Counted from the first letter of the stretch, positions 9,795-22,191 are shown. The stretch: DNA of 64,000 nt from Actinomycetes bacterium (GCA_045807285.1 JBJMHR010000018.1:51113-115112), one strand, 5' to 3'. Notes: generated from the sequence alone by a model not told the origin. A program made the numbers and translations.

Positions 9795-10670
9795 ATGGCG
9801 ATCTGGCTCACGTCTGACAGCAAAGTGATCGTGCAGGGGATCACCGGTTCCGAAGGCACGAAGCACACGCGTCGCATGGTCGCTTCGGGCACAAACGTCG
9901 TCGGCGGCGTCAACGCGCGCAAGGCCGGCACCGAGGTCGACGGCATCCCGGTGTTCGGGACGGTCGCGGAAGCGATGAAGGAAACCGGTGCCGACGTCTC
10001 CGTCGGGTTCGTTCCACCGCCGTTCGCCAGGGATGCCGCCGTCGAGGCGATCGACGCGCAGATCCCGCTGCTCGTCGTCATCACCGAGGGCGTCCCGGTC
10101 CAGGACACGGCGTACTTCTTCGCCTATTCACAAGAGCAAGGCAAGACCACGCGCATCATCGGGCCGAACTGTCCCGGCCTTATCTCTCCAGGCAAGTCGA
10201 ACGCCGGCATCATCCCGGCCGACATCACCAAGCCCGGCCGCGTCGGGCTGGTCAGCAAGAGCGGGACGCTGACCTACCAGATGATGTATGAGCTGCGCGA
10301 TGTTGGTTTCTCGACGTGTGTTGGCATCGGCGGTGATCCCGTCATCGGTACGACGCACATCGACTGCCTGGCTGCGTTCCAGGACGACCCGGACACCGAC
10401 GCAGTCGTGATGATCGGTGAGATCGGCGGCGACGCGGAGGAGCGGGCAGCGGCCTACATCGCGGAGCACGTCACGAAACCGGTGATCGGTTACATCGCCG
10501 GGTTCACCGCGCCGGAAGGAAAGACGATGGGCCATGCCGGCGCGATCGTCTCCGGATCAGCAGGCACGGCGGCTGCGAAGCAGGAGGCGCTCGAAGCCGT
10601 CGGAGTCCAGGTCGGCAAGACGCCGAGTGAGACGGCTCGGCTGATGGCGTCCGTCATGGGCAAATCGTGA
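9795..10670 (+). CDS. sucD: Succinyl-CoA synthetase alpha subunit
   Basis: [35 protein letters not shown] (phospho-His). Confidence 0.97.
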   Translation: MAIWLTSDSKVIVQGITGSEGTKHTRRMVASGTNVVGGVNARKAGTEVDGIPVFGTVAEAMKETGADVSVGFVPPPFARDAAVEAIDAQIPLLVVITEGVPVQDTAYFFAYSQEQGKTTRIIGPNCPGLISPGKSNAGIIPADITKPGRVGLVSKSGTLTYQMMYELRDVGFSTCVGIGGDPVIGTTHIDCLAAFQDDPDTDAVVMIGEIGGDAEERAAAYIAEHVTKPVIGYIAGFTAPEGKTMGHAGAIVSGSAGTAAAKQEALEAVGVQVGKTPSETARLMASVMGKS

Positions 10671-10780
10671 GCTTTTAGACCCCACGCGCACCTGCGGTGC
10701 GTCGGCTTGTGGCCGCCCTTTACCTACGCAAGACTCTGCGCGGACCTGGCACGGTGCTAGGTGGCTACGAGGGAGGCGTC

Positions 10781-11293
10781 ATGGCTGGCGTCCAAGACAT
10801 CAACCGCAACGATCTCGGCGTCATGATCGCCGGCGCCGTGGCGTTCATCGCGTCCTTCTTGCCCTACTGGGGAGTGTCGTTCAAGGGCACGACCATCAGC
10901 GGCGTTCATGTGGGTGGCGGCAGCGCTTCGGTCAATGCCTGGCACAGCTACGCGATCCTGGGACTGTTCCTCATCTTCGCCGCCGCGATCGTGATCGCGG
11001 TGCGGACCTTTGCGTCGATGCCCACGCTCCCGGTCGGGTTGCATGTGCTGGCAGCCGGGCTTGCTGCTCTGGGCACCTTGCTCGTCATCATTCGTGTCTT
11101 CACCTACCCCCACGCCTCCTACCCTGGTGGGTCCTACGGTGCCAAGTGGGGTGCCTACATCCTGATCATCGCGGGCATCGCTGAAGCAGTTTTCGCTGTC
11201 CTCGGTATGCGTGAGTCCGGCGAGAAGGTGGCCTGGCAGCAGAGTGGCGGTCCGGCCACGCCCGACCAGCCGCCTGCCGCGCCTCCCGCGTAA
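10781..11293 (+). CDS. Four-TM membrane protein with Pro-rich tail
   Basis: SD GGGAGG, four hydrophobic segments, C-terminal PATPDQPPAAPPA. Confidence 0.75.
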   Translation: MAGVQDINRNDLGVMIAGAVAFIASFLPYWGVSFKGTTISGVHVGGGSASVNAWHSYAILGLFLIFAAAIVIAVRTFASMPTLPVGLHVLAAGLAALGTLLVIIRVFTYPHASYPGGSYGAKWGAYILIIAGIAEAVFAVLGMRESGEKVAWQQSGGPATPDQPPAAPPA

Positions 11294-11303
11294 CCACTGC
11301 GTT

Positions 11304-11337
11304 GTTGCGTCCTCCGCCCCGGGTCGGAGGACGCAAC
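11304..11337. terminator. 13-bp stem-loop
   Basis: GTTGCGTCCTCCG / CGGAGGACGCAAC, 10 nt after the stop at 11293. Confidence 0.75.
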
Positions 11338-11404
11338 CATTTGCCGGCGACACGCGGCGCACGGTTAAGCCAGCATGCTGCTCTGCGCTGCGAGCATGGC
11401 CGCA

Positions 11405-12610
11405 ATGACCGAGTTGTTGTCCCGACCCACGCGGCTGCGACCTGCTCCACAGCCGACTCGGCCGGCAACGACCACGACGCTCACCGCCGTCGCCGCCGGG
11501 GTGATCGCTGCTGGGGCCGGGCTCCTCGTTATCGCCGTCGTCGTGATCACGACCTGGGCTTCATCGTTGGGTGGTGGAGCGGGCGCCGCCGACGCGCTGC
11601 GCGCCGTCGCATACGTGTGGCTGGTCAGTCATCGCGTCTCCCTCTCGATCACCACCGGAGGGGCGAGCGGACACGTCGCGCTGCTCCCCATGGGCTTGCT
11701 CGCGTTGCCGGCGTACGCCCTCTGGCGTGCCGGCCGTTGGTTTGCCCACGCTTGCGAGGTCGAGGACGTGCGGGGGACGCTGACGGGTGGTCTCGTGCTC
11801 GGTGGTGCCTACGGGTTCATCGCCGCGGTGGTGGCCAGCGCTTCGCTGACGTCGTCGGTCCGGCCGGCCGCAGGTCAGGCGCTGACCGCGGGCTGCATTG
11901 TCGGGATGTTGTTCGGTACGGCGGGGGTTGCCCACGGCGCCGGGATCGTCAGCCCGTTCTGGCAGCGCATCCCGGACCGGGTTCGTTCCGCTGCTCGGTC
12001 GGCCATCGTCGGCGTCGCAGTCCTGTTCGCCGCGGGTGGCGCACTGGCGCTCGGGCCCGTCACGCTGCATCTCGGCCGAGTGCTGCACCTCGCGAGCGCG
12101 CTCCATCCGGGACCGGTGGGTGACGTTGCTTTGGTGCTCGCCTGCCTCGCCTACCTGCCCAACGCTGTGCTGTGGTGCGTGTCCTACACGCTCGGTCCCG
12201 GCTTCGCCGTCGGCGCACAGACGTCGGTGTCGCCGCTCGGTGTCCATCTCGGCGCGGTGCCGTCGTTCCCGTTGTTGGGTGCGTTGCCCGGGAGCGGCGC
12301 AGCACCGCTGCTGTCGCTGCCGTTCGTTCTCGCGCCCCTCATCGCCGGCGCCGTCATGGGCAGGGCGGTGGTACGCCGTAACCCGATGTCGGGACTCACC
12401 GCTGCGCTGCTGACGGGGTTCGCGACGGGAGCCTGCACTGGTGTCGTCCTCGGGCTGGCCGCGGCCCTGAGCGGAGGTCCCGCGGGGCCGGGGCGCATGG
12501 CGACGGTGGGCCCGTCGATGTGGCAGGTCACGGTCGCGGCAGCTGTCGAGCTCGGCGTCGCCGCGGCGGCGGCGGCCGCGCTGACGCATCGTCGGATGGC
12601 CGCGGATTGA
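11405..12610 (+). CDS. Polytopic membrane protein, DUF6350/PerM-like
   Basis: About 10 TM segments, LLPMGL, YLPNAVLW..GPGFAVG, PSFPLLGALP, GRMATVGP; this family typically lies upstream of purN. Confidence 0.8.
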   Translation: MTELLSRPTRLRPAPQPTRPATTTTLTAVAAGVIAAGAGLLVIAVVVITTWASSLGGGAGAADALRAVAYVWLVSHRVSLSITTGGASGHVALLPMGLLALPAYALWRAGRWFAHACEVEDVRGTLTGGLVLGGAYGFIAAVVASASLTSSVRPAAGQALTAGCIVGMLFGTAGVAHGAGIVSPFWQRIPDRVRSAARSAIVGVAVLFAAGGALALGPVTLHLGRVLHLASALHPGPVGDVALVLACLAYLPNAVLWCVSYTLGPGFAVGAQTSVSPLGVHLGAVPSFPLLGALPGSGAAPLLSLPFVLAPLIAGAVMGRAVVRRNPMSGLTAALLTGFATGACTGVVLGLAAALSGGPAGPGRMATVGPSMWQVTVAAAVELGVAAAAAAALTHRRMAAD

Positions 12611-12619
12611 CGTTCGCAC

Positions 12620-13372
12620 GTGACTGACCTGGCGCGGCTGGAAGCGCCCGGGTCCGACCCCCTCGTCGTACTGCTGCACGAAGGCGCCGGGTCGAGCGCG
12701 CTTTGGTCGCGGTTTCTGCCCGACCTCACCGCGGGGCGGCGCGTCCTCGTGGTCGATCGTCGTGGCTTCGGCGGTTCACCCCGCAATGCATCCTTCGGAC
12801 CCGACCACTTCGACCAGGCGGTCGACGACCTCGCGCAACTGTTGGCTGCGTCGACGACCGCACCCGCGCACATCGTCGGCCACAGTGACGGCGCTTCTAT
12901 TGCGTTGCTTGCCGCGGCTCGCCACCCGGAGCTGCCGCTCTCGGTCGTCGCAGTATCGGCCCATGCGTACGCCGATGCGCAGACCGTCGCGGCGCTGCGT
13001 GCACTCGGGACACCGACAGCCTGGAATGAGACCGTCATCCGCCGGTACGCCGATCAACACGGCGCCGACTGGGTCGACGTGACCGGAGCGTGGCTCGAGC
13101 TCTGGACCCGTGGGGCGCTGTCGCAGTGGGACCTTCGGCCCGATCTCGCCAGGATCACGTGCCCGGTGCTGGTCATGCATGACAGCGCCGACCCGCTCAG
13201 CCCGCCTGAACACGCGCAGGCCATCGCAGCGGCCGTGCCGACCGCAACTGTCCGCTGGTTCGACACCGGCACCCATCGTCCGCACGTGGCCGAGCCCGAT
13301 CGTTTCGTCCGGGAGGTCGTTTCGTTCTGGACAACGGTGGAGGCGGAGCCGCCCACCACCGGTGGGACCTAG
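12620..13372 (+). CDS. Alpha/beta hydrolase
   Basis: LLHEGAG, DRRGFGGS, GHSDGAS, HDSADP, HRPH. Confidence 0.88.
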   Translation: MTDLARLEAPGSDPLVVLLHEGAGSSALWSRFLPDLTAGRRVLVVDRRGFGGSPRNASFGPDHFDQAVDDLAQLLAASTTAPAHIVGHSDGASIALLAAARHPELPLSVVAVSAHAYADAQTVAALRALGTPTAWNETVIRRYADQHGADWVDVTGAWLELWTRGALSQWDLRPDLARITCPVLVMHDSADPLSPPEHAQAIAAAVPTATVRWFDTGTHRPHVAEPDRFVREVVSFWTTVEAEPPTTGGT

Positions 13373-13381
13373 CATCGAGCC

Positions 13382-14002
13382 GTGCCGCCCCGCCCCGAGC
13401 CCGCTCGGCTCGTCGTCCTCGTCAGCGGCACCGGATCCAATCTCGCCGCGCTGATCGAGGCGTGCGCGGACGCGTCGTACGGTGCGGCGATCGTCGCCGT
13501 CGGCGCCGACCGGGACGAGATTCCGGCGCTCGCGAAAGCCGATGCCGTGGCCATCCCGACGTTCGTGACGCCGCTCGGCGACCACCCCGATCGCAGCGCA
13601 TGGGACCAAGCGCTCACTGAAGCGACGGCCAAATACGAACCGACCCTCGTTGTCTGCGCTGGCTTCATGAAGATCCTCGGGCCGGAGTTCTTGGCTCGCT
13701 TCGGCCCCGGCATCGTCAACACCCATCCCGCTCTGCTGCCGTCGTTTCCGGGCGCGACGCCGGTGCGGGACACCCTCGCGCACGCGGTTAAGGTCACCGG
13801 CGTCACCGTGCACTTTGTCGACGCGGGGCTGGACGCGGGGCCGATCGTGGCGCAAGCCGCCGTGCCGGTGCTCGACGACGACGACGAGGACCGTTTGCAT
13901 GAACGCATCAAGGGAGTTGAGCGCACGTTGCTGGTCGAGACGGTTGGCCGGCTGGTGCGCGACGGTTACCGCATCGAAGGAAGAAAGGTGCTCGTGCCGT
14001 GA
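13382..14002 (+). CDS. purN: Phosphoribosylglycinamide formyltransferase
   Basis: [43 protein letters not shown]. Confidence 0.96.
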   Translation: MPPRPEPARLVVLVSGTGSNLAALIEACADASYGAAIVAVGADRDEIPALAKADAVAIPTFVTPLGDHPDRSAWDQALTEATAKYEPTLVVCAGFMKILGPEFLARFGPGIVNTHPALLPSFPGATPVRDTLAHAVKVTGVTVHFVDAGLDAGPIVAQAAVPVLDDDDEDRLHERIKGVERTLLVETVGRLVRDGYRIEGRKVLVP

Positions 14003-15573
14003 CCGACGACAGCGACCGCCGGCCGATCCGGCGCGCGCTCATCTCCGTCTCTGACAAGACCGGGCTTGTCGAGCTCGGCCGTTCGCTCGCCGCCGCGAAC
14101 GTGCACATTGTCTCGACCGGCACTACTGCCGCGCGGCTGGCCGACGCCGATGTGCCTGTGGTCTCGGTGAGTGATGTAACGGGTTTCCCGGAGTGCCTGG
14201 ATGGTCGGGTGAAGACGTTGCACCCGTCGATTCACGCTGGGCTGCTCGCCGACCTGCGTCGACCCGACCATGTCGCGCAGCTCGCCAACCTCGGTGTCGA
14301 GCCGTTCGACCTTGTGGTCGTGAACCTCTATCCGTTCCGAGAGATCGTCGCGTCCGGAGCCGGTCATGACGATGTGGTCGAGCAAATCGACATCGGTGGT
14401 CCGGCGATGGTGCGGGCGGCAGCGAAGAACCATCCATCGGTTGCGGTCGTGGTCGACCCGGCGGCGTACCCCCACGTGCTCGAGGCGCTCGGTGTGGGTG
14501 GCTTCACGCTGGCCGAGCGACGGGCGCTCGCGGCCGCGGCGTACGCACACACCGCGTCGTACGACGCGGCCGTGGCCTCCTGGTTCGCGAACGCGTACGC
14601 ACCCGACGTCACCGCCGTCGAGTCAGGATTCCCCGCCTTCCTGACCGCGACGTACGACCGCGCCGATGTGTTGCGGTACGGCGAGAACCCGCATCAGCAC
14701 GCGGCGTTGTACCGCAACGCCGCTGCGTCGGAAGGGCTCGCGCAGGCCGAACAGCTGCACGGCAAACAGATGTCGTACAACAACTTCGTCGACACCGATG
14801 CCGCGCTACGGGCCGCGAACGACTTTCGCGGGCCGTGCGTCGCCATCATCAAGCACGCGAACCCGTGCGGTATCGCGGTCGGCGTCGATGTAGCGGAGGC
14901 GCACCGCAAGGCGCACGCCTGTGATCCGGTGTCGGCGTTCGGCGGTGTGATCGCGACCAACATGCCGGTCACTGTCGCCATGGCTGAGCAGGTCGGCGAT
15001 GTGTTCACCGAGGTGATCGCGGCTCCGGCGTACGACGAGGGCGCTGTCGAGGTGCTGGCGCGCAAGCCGTCGATCCGCATCCTCCTGGTGCAGGGTCACG
15101 CCGGTCAGGGCACGGAGTTCCGGCAGATCTGCGGCGGGCTGCTTGTGCAGACGGCCGACTCGGTGACTGAGCGCGGAGACGATCCGTCGGCGTGGACGCT
15201 GGAGTGCGGTGCGCCGGCGGACGACGTGACGTTGGCCGACCTGGAGTTCGCCTGGCGCGCCAGCCGTGCGGTCAAGTCGAACGCGATCGTCCTCGCCAGC
15301 GAGCAGGCGACTGTCGGCGTCGGTATGGGTCAGGTCAACCGGGTCGACGCCGCTCGGCTCGCCGTCGCGCGTGCCGGTGACCGGGCCCGGCAGGCGGTGG
15401 CGGCGAGTGATGCGTTCTTCCCGTTCCCGGACGGTCTCGAGGTGCTTGCCGAGGCCGGCGTACGCGCGGTCGTCGAGCCCGGCGGGTCAGTGCGCGACGC
15501 CGACGTCGTCGCCGCGGCCGACAAGGCGGGCCTGACGCTGTACTTCACCGGTGTCCGCCACTTCTTCCACTAG
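13999..15573 (+). CDS. purH: Bifunctional AICAR transformylase/IMP cyclohydrolase
   Basis: [52 protein letters not shown]. Confidence 0.97.
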   Translation: MTDDSDRRPIRRALISVSDKTGLVELGRSLAAANVHIVSTGTTAARLADADVPVVSVSDVTGFPECLDGRVKTLHPSIHAGLLADLRRPDHVAQLANLGVEPFDLVVVNLYPFREIVASGAGHDDVVEQIDIGGPAMVRAAAKNHPSVAVVVDPAAYPHVLEALGVGGFTLAERRALAAAAYAHTASYDAAVASWFANAYAPDVTAVESGFPAFLTATYDRADVLRYGENPHQHAALYRNAAASEGLAQAEQLHGKQMSYNNFVDTDAALRAANDFRGPCVAIIKHANPCGIAVGVDVAEAHRKAHACDPVSAFGGVIATNMPVTVAMAEQVGDVFTEVIAAPAYDEGAVEVLARKPSIRILLVQGHAGQGTEFRQICGGLLVQTADSVTERGDDPSAWTLECGAPADDVTLADLEFAWRASRAVKSNAIVLASEQATVGVGMGQVNRVDAARLAVARAGDRARQAVAASDAFFPFPDGLEVLAEAGVRAVVEPGGSVRDADVVAAADKAGLTLYFTGVRHFFH

Positions 15574-15636
15574 CCACCGGTTGTCGGGTTAACGTCGGGG
15601 AGCGTTGTGCTGACAAATGGCTGGGAGAGGGCAGGC

Positions 15637-16485
15637 GTGACGGCGATCATTCTCGACGGCAAGGCGACCGCGGCAGCAATACGTGCCGAGCTGAAGACGC
15701 GCGTCGCGGCGCTCGGTGAGCGCGGCAGCACGCCCGGGCTCGGCACTGTGCTGGTCGGAGACGACCCGGGCAGCCGCGCCTACGTTCGGGGGAAGCACGC
15801 CGACTGCGCCGAGGTCGGGATCTCGAGCATCCAGCGCGAGCTGCCCGCGAATGCGTCCCAAGCGGATGTGCATGCCGTCATCGACGAGCTGAACGCCGAC
15901 CCCGCGTGCACGGGATACATCGTTCAGCTGCCGTTGCCGACGGGTCTGGACGCGAACGCGGCTCTGGAGCGGATGGATCCGGGCAAGGACGCGGATGGCT
16001 TGCACCCGGTGAACCTCGGCCGGCTCGTGCTCGGGCAGGCGGCACCACTGCCGTGCACTCCGCGCGCGATCGTCGAGCTGATGCGTCGCTACGACGTGCC
16101 ACTCGCCGGGGCCGAGGTCACGATCATCGGCCGGGGCGTCACCGTGGGCCGCCCGTTGGGGCTGCTGCTCACCCGGCGGAGCGAGAACGCCACCGTGACT
16201 CTGTGCCACACAGGCACGAAGGACGTTGAGGGGCACGTACGCAGCGCTGACGTTGTCGTCGCTGCAGCGGGCACGCCCGGGCTCATTCGGGCCGATTGGG
16301 TGCGACCAGGGGCAGCCGTCCTCGACGTCGGCATCACCCGCACTGACACGGGCCTCGTCGGTGACGTCGATCCCGGCGTACGCGAGGTCGCCGGCTTCCT
16401 CGCCCCCATGCCAGGAGGCGTGGGCCCGATGACCAGGGCGATGTTGCTGACGAACGTTGTCGAAGCCGCAGAACGCGCCCTCTGA
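15637..16485 (+). CDS. folD: Methylene-THF dehydrogenase/cyclohydrolase
   Basis: [31 protein letters not shown]. Confidence 0.96.
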   Translation: MTAIILDGKATAAAIRAELKTRVAALGERGSTPGLGTVLVGDDPGSRAYVRGKHADCAEVGISSIQRELPANASQADVHAVIDELNADPACTGYIVQLPLPTGLDANAALERMDPGKDADGLHPVNLGRLVLGQAAPLPCTPRAIVELMRRYDVPLAGAEVTIIGRGVTVGRPLGLLLTRRSENATVTLCHTGTKDVEGHVRSADVVVAAAGTPGLIRADWVRPGAAVLDVGITRTDTGLVGDVDPGVREVAGFLAPMPGGVGPMTRAMLLTNVVEAAERAL

Positions 16486-16506
16486 CCAGGCCGCCGAGTC
16501 GGTCGG

Positions 16507-17121
16507 CTAGCCGGCCTTGCGGATGCGCTCGTCCTCGGTTGGCAACGGGCGTACGACGCCGAGTGCGATCACCTCGTTGGCGAGGCGGGTACGCCGGTTG
16601 GTGCCCTCCGGGATCTTGAACTTCTGGTAGAGCCGCAGCAGGTGCTGCTTGACCGCAGCCTCGGTCACGACGAGCTCCTGCGCGATCTCTCGCGCGCTGC
16701 CCGGGTTCACGAACGCGTCCTGCTGCAGCGCCGGCCGACACAGCGCATTCAGCACCTCGAGCTCACGGCGGGTGAGGTCAGGAGCGTTGATGCGGCGCAT
16801 CTCCAATGTCTCGTCATCGGGACGGCCCTGCGCCCCGATACCACCCACGCGCACGCGGGCAGCCCCGAACGCGATCACGTCACCATCGGTGAGCAGCCGG
16901 CGACCGACGGGGCGCCCGTTGATGCGCGTGCCGTTGGCCGACAGGCCGAGATCACTGACATAGACGTATGGCCCGCGACGCACCACCTCGGCGTGCAGGC
17001 GCGAAACACTGCGCTCCGTGATGCGGATATCCACCCCCTCACCACGACCGATCGTGGTGACCTCGCCACGGAGCTCGAAAACCTGGCCGTTGTCCTCGAC
17101 CCGGAGATACGGAGTAGACAC
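16507..17121 (-). CDS. FHA domain plus LuxR-like HTH regulator
   Basis: FHA motifs IGRG, SVSRLHA, DLGLSANGTRING; C-terminal LTRRELEVL..AREIAQELVVTEAAVKQHLLRLYQKF. GTG 17121 has a purine-rich SD; the ORF could extend to 17172. Confidence 0.85.
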   Translation of the reverse strand: MSTPYLRVEDNGQVFELRGEVTTIGRGEGVDIRITERSVSRLHAEVVRRGPYVYVSDLGLSANGTRINGRPVGRRLLTDGDVIAFGAARVRVGGIGAQGRPDDETLEMRRINAPDLTRRELEVLNALCRPALQQDAFVNPGSAREIAQELVVTEAAVKQHLLRLYQKFKIPEGTNRRTRLANEVIALGVVRPLPTEDERIRKAG

Positions 17122-17286
17122 AAATCTCTCCCCTCGAGTGGCCTTCGCCGCCTCGACTCTGTTGTTGTGCACGTGCCGCGGGTGCGGTTGTCTGCCGCTT
17201 CGTCCTACCCAGGGTGGTCCCGACCTACCCCGCAGGCCATCGCCGTGTTACGAAGGCGGCACAGAGCGCGGTTTACACTCCGCGGC

Positions 17287-17727
17287 GTGAGCGTGACCGA
17301 CGCGACGATCCGCAGCGACCTTCAACCCCAGCTCGACCCGACCCATCTCGCGGTCGCGCGCTTCCCCGCCGCCTGGCAGCCGCACGAGCCGGCGCCGCCC
17401 GCGTTTTGTGCGCTTGTTCGGTCCGACGACGAGGTGACCGTCGTCTGCGCCGAGGAGCTCCTGCGCGACGGAGGGCTCACCACAGAGCCGCCGCTCGCGA
17501 TCGAGCACGGTTGGCGCCGGATCACCTTCCCGGGTCCCCTACCTTGGGAGCTCGTCGGCTTCCTCGCCGACGTTGCCACCAGGCTCGCCGGGGCACAGAT
17601 CCCGTTCACGTCGCTGTCCGGCTTCACGACCGACCACGTGCTCGTCCGTGCCGCCCAAGCCGATCTCGCGGTGGCCGTGCTTCGCGGCGAGTCGCCTCCG
17701 GACCAGCGGCCCGGCACCAATCCGTGA
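17287..17727 (+). CDS. ACT-domain protein (CASTOR/ACT_7-like)
   Basis: RSDDEVTVVC, GWRRITFPGPLPWELVGFLA, IPFTSLSGFTTDHVLV. Confidence 0.82.
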   Translation: MSVTDATIRSDLQPQLDPTHLAVARFPAAWQPHEPAPPAFCALVRSDDEVTVVCAEELLRDGGLTTEPPLAIEHGWRRITFPGPLPWELVGFLADVATRLAGAQIPFTSLSGFTTDHVLVRAAQADLAVAVLRGESPPDQRPGTNP

Positions 17728-18062
17728 CGGAGCGGCCGCCGCCGGAGCGGGCCGAACCGGTCGACCCGGTCCTCCCACGGCGACGATGGCGGCCCCCGGT
17801 GATCCGCGAGCCGCTCGTCCTCGTGCTCGCGGCCTGCGCCGTGGGCCTGTGGCTGGTCTGGGTGCATCATCCGCGCAAGGGCTTGGGCACGATCGCGCTC
17901 GGGCTCGCTGCCGCGGCCGTGCTACGCCTGGTTCTGCCGCCTCGCGATGCGGGGCTCCTCGTCGTACGTAACCGGCTTTTCGACGTCGGCGTGTTGCTCG
18001 TGATGGCCGGCGTCGTCGTGGTCCTGGCCGTCGTACAGCACTTTCCGGGCAACGGACACTGA
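17724..18062 (+). CDS. DUF3017-like small membrane protein
   Basis: Three TM segments, [18 protein letters not shown]; GTGA overlap with the ACT gene. Confidence 0.78.
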   Translation: MTERPPPERAEPVDPVLPRRRWRPPVIREPLVLVLAACAVGLWLVWVHHPRKGLGTIALGLAAAAVLRLVLPPRDAGLLVVRNRLFDVGVLLVMAGVVVVLAVVQHFPGNGH

Positions 18063-18106
18063 CCGATAGCCTCGAAAATCAATTCATCCGTAACCGGAGG
18101 GCAGCA

Positions 18107-19219
18107 ATGGCATCGGCCGGCAAACAGCACCGCGTGACGCTCATCCCTGGTGACGGCGTCGGGCCTGAGTTGACCGAGGCCACTCGGCGGGTGCTCGAAG
18201 CCGCCGCAGGCACCAGTGGGAGCAGCTTCGACTGGGACGTGCAACAGGCCGGCGTCGATGTGCTGGAAAGCGCGGGCACCCCACTGCCGGCTGAGACAAT
18301 CGAGTCTATTCGGCGTAACAAGGTCGCGATCAAGGGACCGATCACGACGCCGATCGGCACCGGCTTCCGCTCGGTCAACGTTGCCTTGCGTTATGAGCTC
18401 GAGCTCTATGCGTGTCTGCGCCCGTGCAAGACCTATCCCGGAGTGCGCTCGCGCTACGACGCCGTCGACGTCGTCGTCGTACGTGAGAACACCGAGGACC
18501 TCTACGCCGGCATCGAGTTCGAGGAAGGCACCGCTGACGCGGCCAACGTCATCGATTTTCTGAACAGCAACTTCGAGAACAAGAAGATCCGCTCGGACTC
18601 CGGTATCTCTGTGAAGCCGATCAGCCGGTTCGGCTCGGAGCGGATCATCCGCTATGCGTTCGACTACGCCAAGGCCAACGGGCGCAAGCGTGTGCACTGC
18701 ATCACGAAGTCCAACATCATGAAGTTCTCCGACGGCCTGTTCCTCGAGGTCTTCCGCAATGTCGCGAAGGAGTACCCGGACATCGAGCCGTGGGAGAACC
18801 TCGTCGACGCGACCTGCATGGGTCTCGTGCAGCGGCCCGAGGAGTGGGACGTCCTCGTGCTGCCGAACCTGTACGGCGACATCCTGAGCGACCTGACCGC
18901 CGGCATGGTCGGTGGCCTCGGCGTCGCCCCGGGCGCGAACATCGGCACGGACACCGCTGTCTTCGAGGCCACGCACGGAAGCGCCCCGAAGTACAAGGGC
19001 CAGAACAAGGTCAACCCGACCGCGATGATCCTGTCCGGAATGTTGATGCTGCGTCACCTCGGCGAGAGCGACGCTGCCGACCGGCTCGAGCGCGCCGTCG
19101 CCGACGTCATCCACGAAGGCAAGAGCGTCACTTACGACATGAAGCCGTCGCGTGACGACCCGACCGCGGTCGGCACGTCGCAGTACGCCGACGCGATCAT
19201 CGAGAAGCTGGAGGGCTGA
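18107..19219 (+). CDS. icd: Isocitrate dehydrogenase (isocitrate/isopropylmalate family)
   Basis: [51 protein letters not shown]; adjacent to mdh. Confidence 0.88.
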   Translation: MASAGKQHRVTLIPGDGVGPELTEATRRVLEAAAGTSGSSFDWDVQQAGVDVLESAGTPLPAETIESIRRNKVAIKGPITTPIGTGFRSVNVALRYELELYACLRPCKTYPGVRSRYDAVDVVVVRENTEDLYAGIEFEEGTADAANVIDFLNSNFENKKIRSDSGISVKPISRFGSERIIRYAFDYAKANGRKRVHCITKSNIMKFSDGLFLEVFRNVAKEYPDIEPWENLVDATCMGLVQRPEEWDVLVLPNLYGDILSDLTAGMVGGLGVAPGANIGTDTAVFEATHGSAPKYKGQNKVNPTAMILSGMLMLRHLGESDAADRLERAVADVIHEGKSVTYDMKPSRDDPTAVGTSQYADAIIEKLEG

Positions 19220-19223
19220 CGGC

Positions 19224-20210
<987 letters not shown>

Positions 20211-20211
20211 G

Positions 20212-20700
20212 ATGTCCGGCACCGATCCGGGGGCGCTCGCGACGTACCGCGAAATGGTCGCCCTGCGCAGCCGCATCGAAGCAGGCGAGCTGCCCTGGTC
20301 GGCGCTCGCGGACTACTTCACTGACGACGCGGTCTACATCGACAGTGCGTGGGGCCGGTACGACGGCAAGGCCGCGATCACGAAGTTCATGGACGACAGC
20401 ATGGCCGGCCTATCGGACTGGCGTTTCCCCGAAGAATGGGCGATGGCCGATGGCGACCGGGTCGTCAGCATGTGGTGGAACGAGCTACCCGGTCAGCGTG
20501 CCGACGGGTCGCCGTACCGCGTCGCGGGTGTCTCCATCCTGCGGTACGCCGGCGATGGCAAGTTCGACTACGAGTACGACATCTTCAACATGGTCCAGGT
20601 CCTCGACGTCATCACGGAGAGCGGCTGGCAGCCGACCGGTCCGATGAACCCGCCTCCGCAGCACCCGAACCGCGACGCGACACCTCCCACCCCGCGGTGA
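20212..20700 (+). CDS. NTF2/SnoaL-like protein
   Basis: YFTDDAVYID..G..AITKFM, DGDRVV, GVSILRYAGDGK. Confidence 0.82.
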   Translation: MSGTDPGALATYREMVALRSRIEAGELPWSALADYFTDDAVYIDSAWGRYDGKAAITKFMDDSMAGLSDWRFPEEWAMADGDRVVSMWWNELPGQRADGSPYRVAGVSILRYAGDGKFDYEYDIFNMVQVLDVITESGWQPTGPMNPPPQHPNRDATPPTPR

Positions 20701-20709
20701 TCGAGGGGC

Positions 20710-20743
20710 CGGTCGCTCGGCGCGCCGGCGTGTCGGGCGACCG
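20710..20743 (+). terminator. GC-rich hairpin after the icd-mdh-SnoaL operon
   Basis: CGGTCGCTCGGCGCGCC / GGCGTGTCGGGCGACCG; all three non-Watson-Crick pairs are G-U wobbles on the + strand, consistent with an RNA-level stem. Confidence 0.6.
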
Positions 20744-20811
20744 CGCCCTAGATCACGGAGGAAGGAATACGCTTTTTGGATGGAGGGCTCCGGTCATACC
20801 GGCGGTAGACC

Positions 20812-22176
20812 GTGATCTGGGTCAACGTCCTTGTCGTCTTCGCGCTCTTGCTCGTCGAAGCGCTCTTCGTCGCTTCCGAGATGGCGCTCGTTACCTTGCG
20901 CGAGGGTCAGGTGCGTGCGTTGGCGGAGCGAGGCAAGCGCGGGCGCCGACTGCAGCATCTCGTCGACAATCCCAACCGGTTCCTATCCGCCGTACAGATC
21001 GGCGTGACGCTCGCCGCGCTGGGCTCGTCCGCGTTCGGTGAGGTGACGCTCGCGAAGTCCGCGACCGATGGGCTCCACAACGCTGGCCTGACGCACTGGG
21101 CCGCCTCGCTGCTCGGCTTCGTCGGCGTCTTCCTCGTCATCACCTACGCGACGCTCGTCATCGGCGAGCTGGCACCGAAACGGCTCGCGCTGCAACGGGC
21201 CGAGGGCACGGCGTGGCGGGTGGGCGGGCTGATCGACCGCTTCGCGGGCCTGATGCGTCCCGTGATCTGGTTCCTGTCCAAGTCGACCGATGCCGTCGTG
21301 CGGCTCGTGGGCGGGGACCCATCGGTCGGGCGGGAGTCGATCTCCGAAGCAGAGCTGCGTGACCTCGTCGCAGCGCATGAATCGTTGACCACCGATGAGC
21401 GGAAGCTGATCGACGAGGTCTTCGACGCGGGCGAGCGTCCGTTGCGCGAGGTCATGGTGCCGCGGACCGAGGTGGAGTTCCTCGATGCCTCGATGACACT
21501 GGCGCGGGCCGCGAAGATCGCGGCCACCTCCACGCACTCGCGGTTCCCGGTCGTGCGTGGCAGTCACGACGAAGTCGTCGGTTTCGTGCACGTCCGCGAC
21601 CTCATCACGTCCAGTGGCACAACCCGCCGAACGACCGTCAAGGTCAGCGAGGTGGCCCGTGAGGTGACCTTGCTGCCGGACACGAAACGCGTGCTGCCGA
21701 CGCTGTCCGAGCTGCGGCGCAGCGGTCAGCACATCGCGGTCGTCGTCGACGAGTACGGCGGAACGGCCGGGATCGTCACGCTCGAGGACCTGATCGAAGA
21801 ACTCATCGGCGAGATCCGCGACGAGTACGACGCGGAGGATCCCGACGCGCGCCGGCTGCGCGGCGGCGACCTCGACGTCGACGGATTGCTGAGCCTCGAC
21901 GACTTCGCCGACGAGACCGGCATCGAGCTACCGGAAGGGCCGTACGAGACGGTGGCCGGCTACGTGATGTCCGTGTTGGGCCGTTTGCCCCGACTGGGCG
22001 ACGTGGTCGAGGGCGGGGGCAACGCCGACGGCAGTGCCGATCGCGTGGCGCGGTTTCGGGTGACGGAGGTGGACGGCCGCCGCGTCGCGCGCCTTCAGGT
22101 CTCGCTGCCGACGACGGACGTCGACGGTGCGTCGGACGATGAGCAGGTCGAACCGGCGCCGGCCGCCAGCGGCTGA
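20812..22176 (+). CDS. HlyC/CorC (CNNM + CBS pair) family protein
   Basis: FVASEMAL, QIGVT, IGELAPK, VMVPRTEV, HSRFPV, VDEYGGTAGIVTLEDLIEEL, C-terminal CorC domain. Confidence 0.93.
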   Translation: MIWVNVLVVFALLLVEALFVASEMALVTLREGQVRALAERGKRGRRLQHLVDNPNRFLSAVQIGVTLAALGSSAFGEVTLAKSATDGLHNAGLTHWAASLLGFVGVFLVITYATLVIGELAPKRLALQRAEGTAWRVGGLIDRFAGLMRPVIWFLSKSTDAVVRLVGGDPSVGRESISEAELRDLVAAHESLTTDERKLIDEVFDAGERPLREVMVPRTEVEFLDASMTLARAAKIAATSTHSRFPVVRGSHDEVVGFVHVRDLITSSGTTRRTTVKVSEVAREVTLLPDTKRVLPTLSELRRSGQHIAVVVDEYGGTAGIVTLEDLIEELIGEIRDEYDAEDPDARRLRGGDLDVDGLLSLDDFADETGIELPEGPYETVAGYVMSVLGRLPRLGDVVEGGGNADGSADRVARFRVTEVDGRRVARLQVSLPTTDVDGASDDEQVEPAPAASG

Positions 22177-22191
22177 CACAATTCCTTCGTC

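Noticed and set aside
13373-14002. Possible ZTP or purine riboswitch before purN/purH (and before purK)
   Set aside because: There is no leader space: a 9-bp gap before purN, and purH and purK overlap upstream genes.
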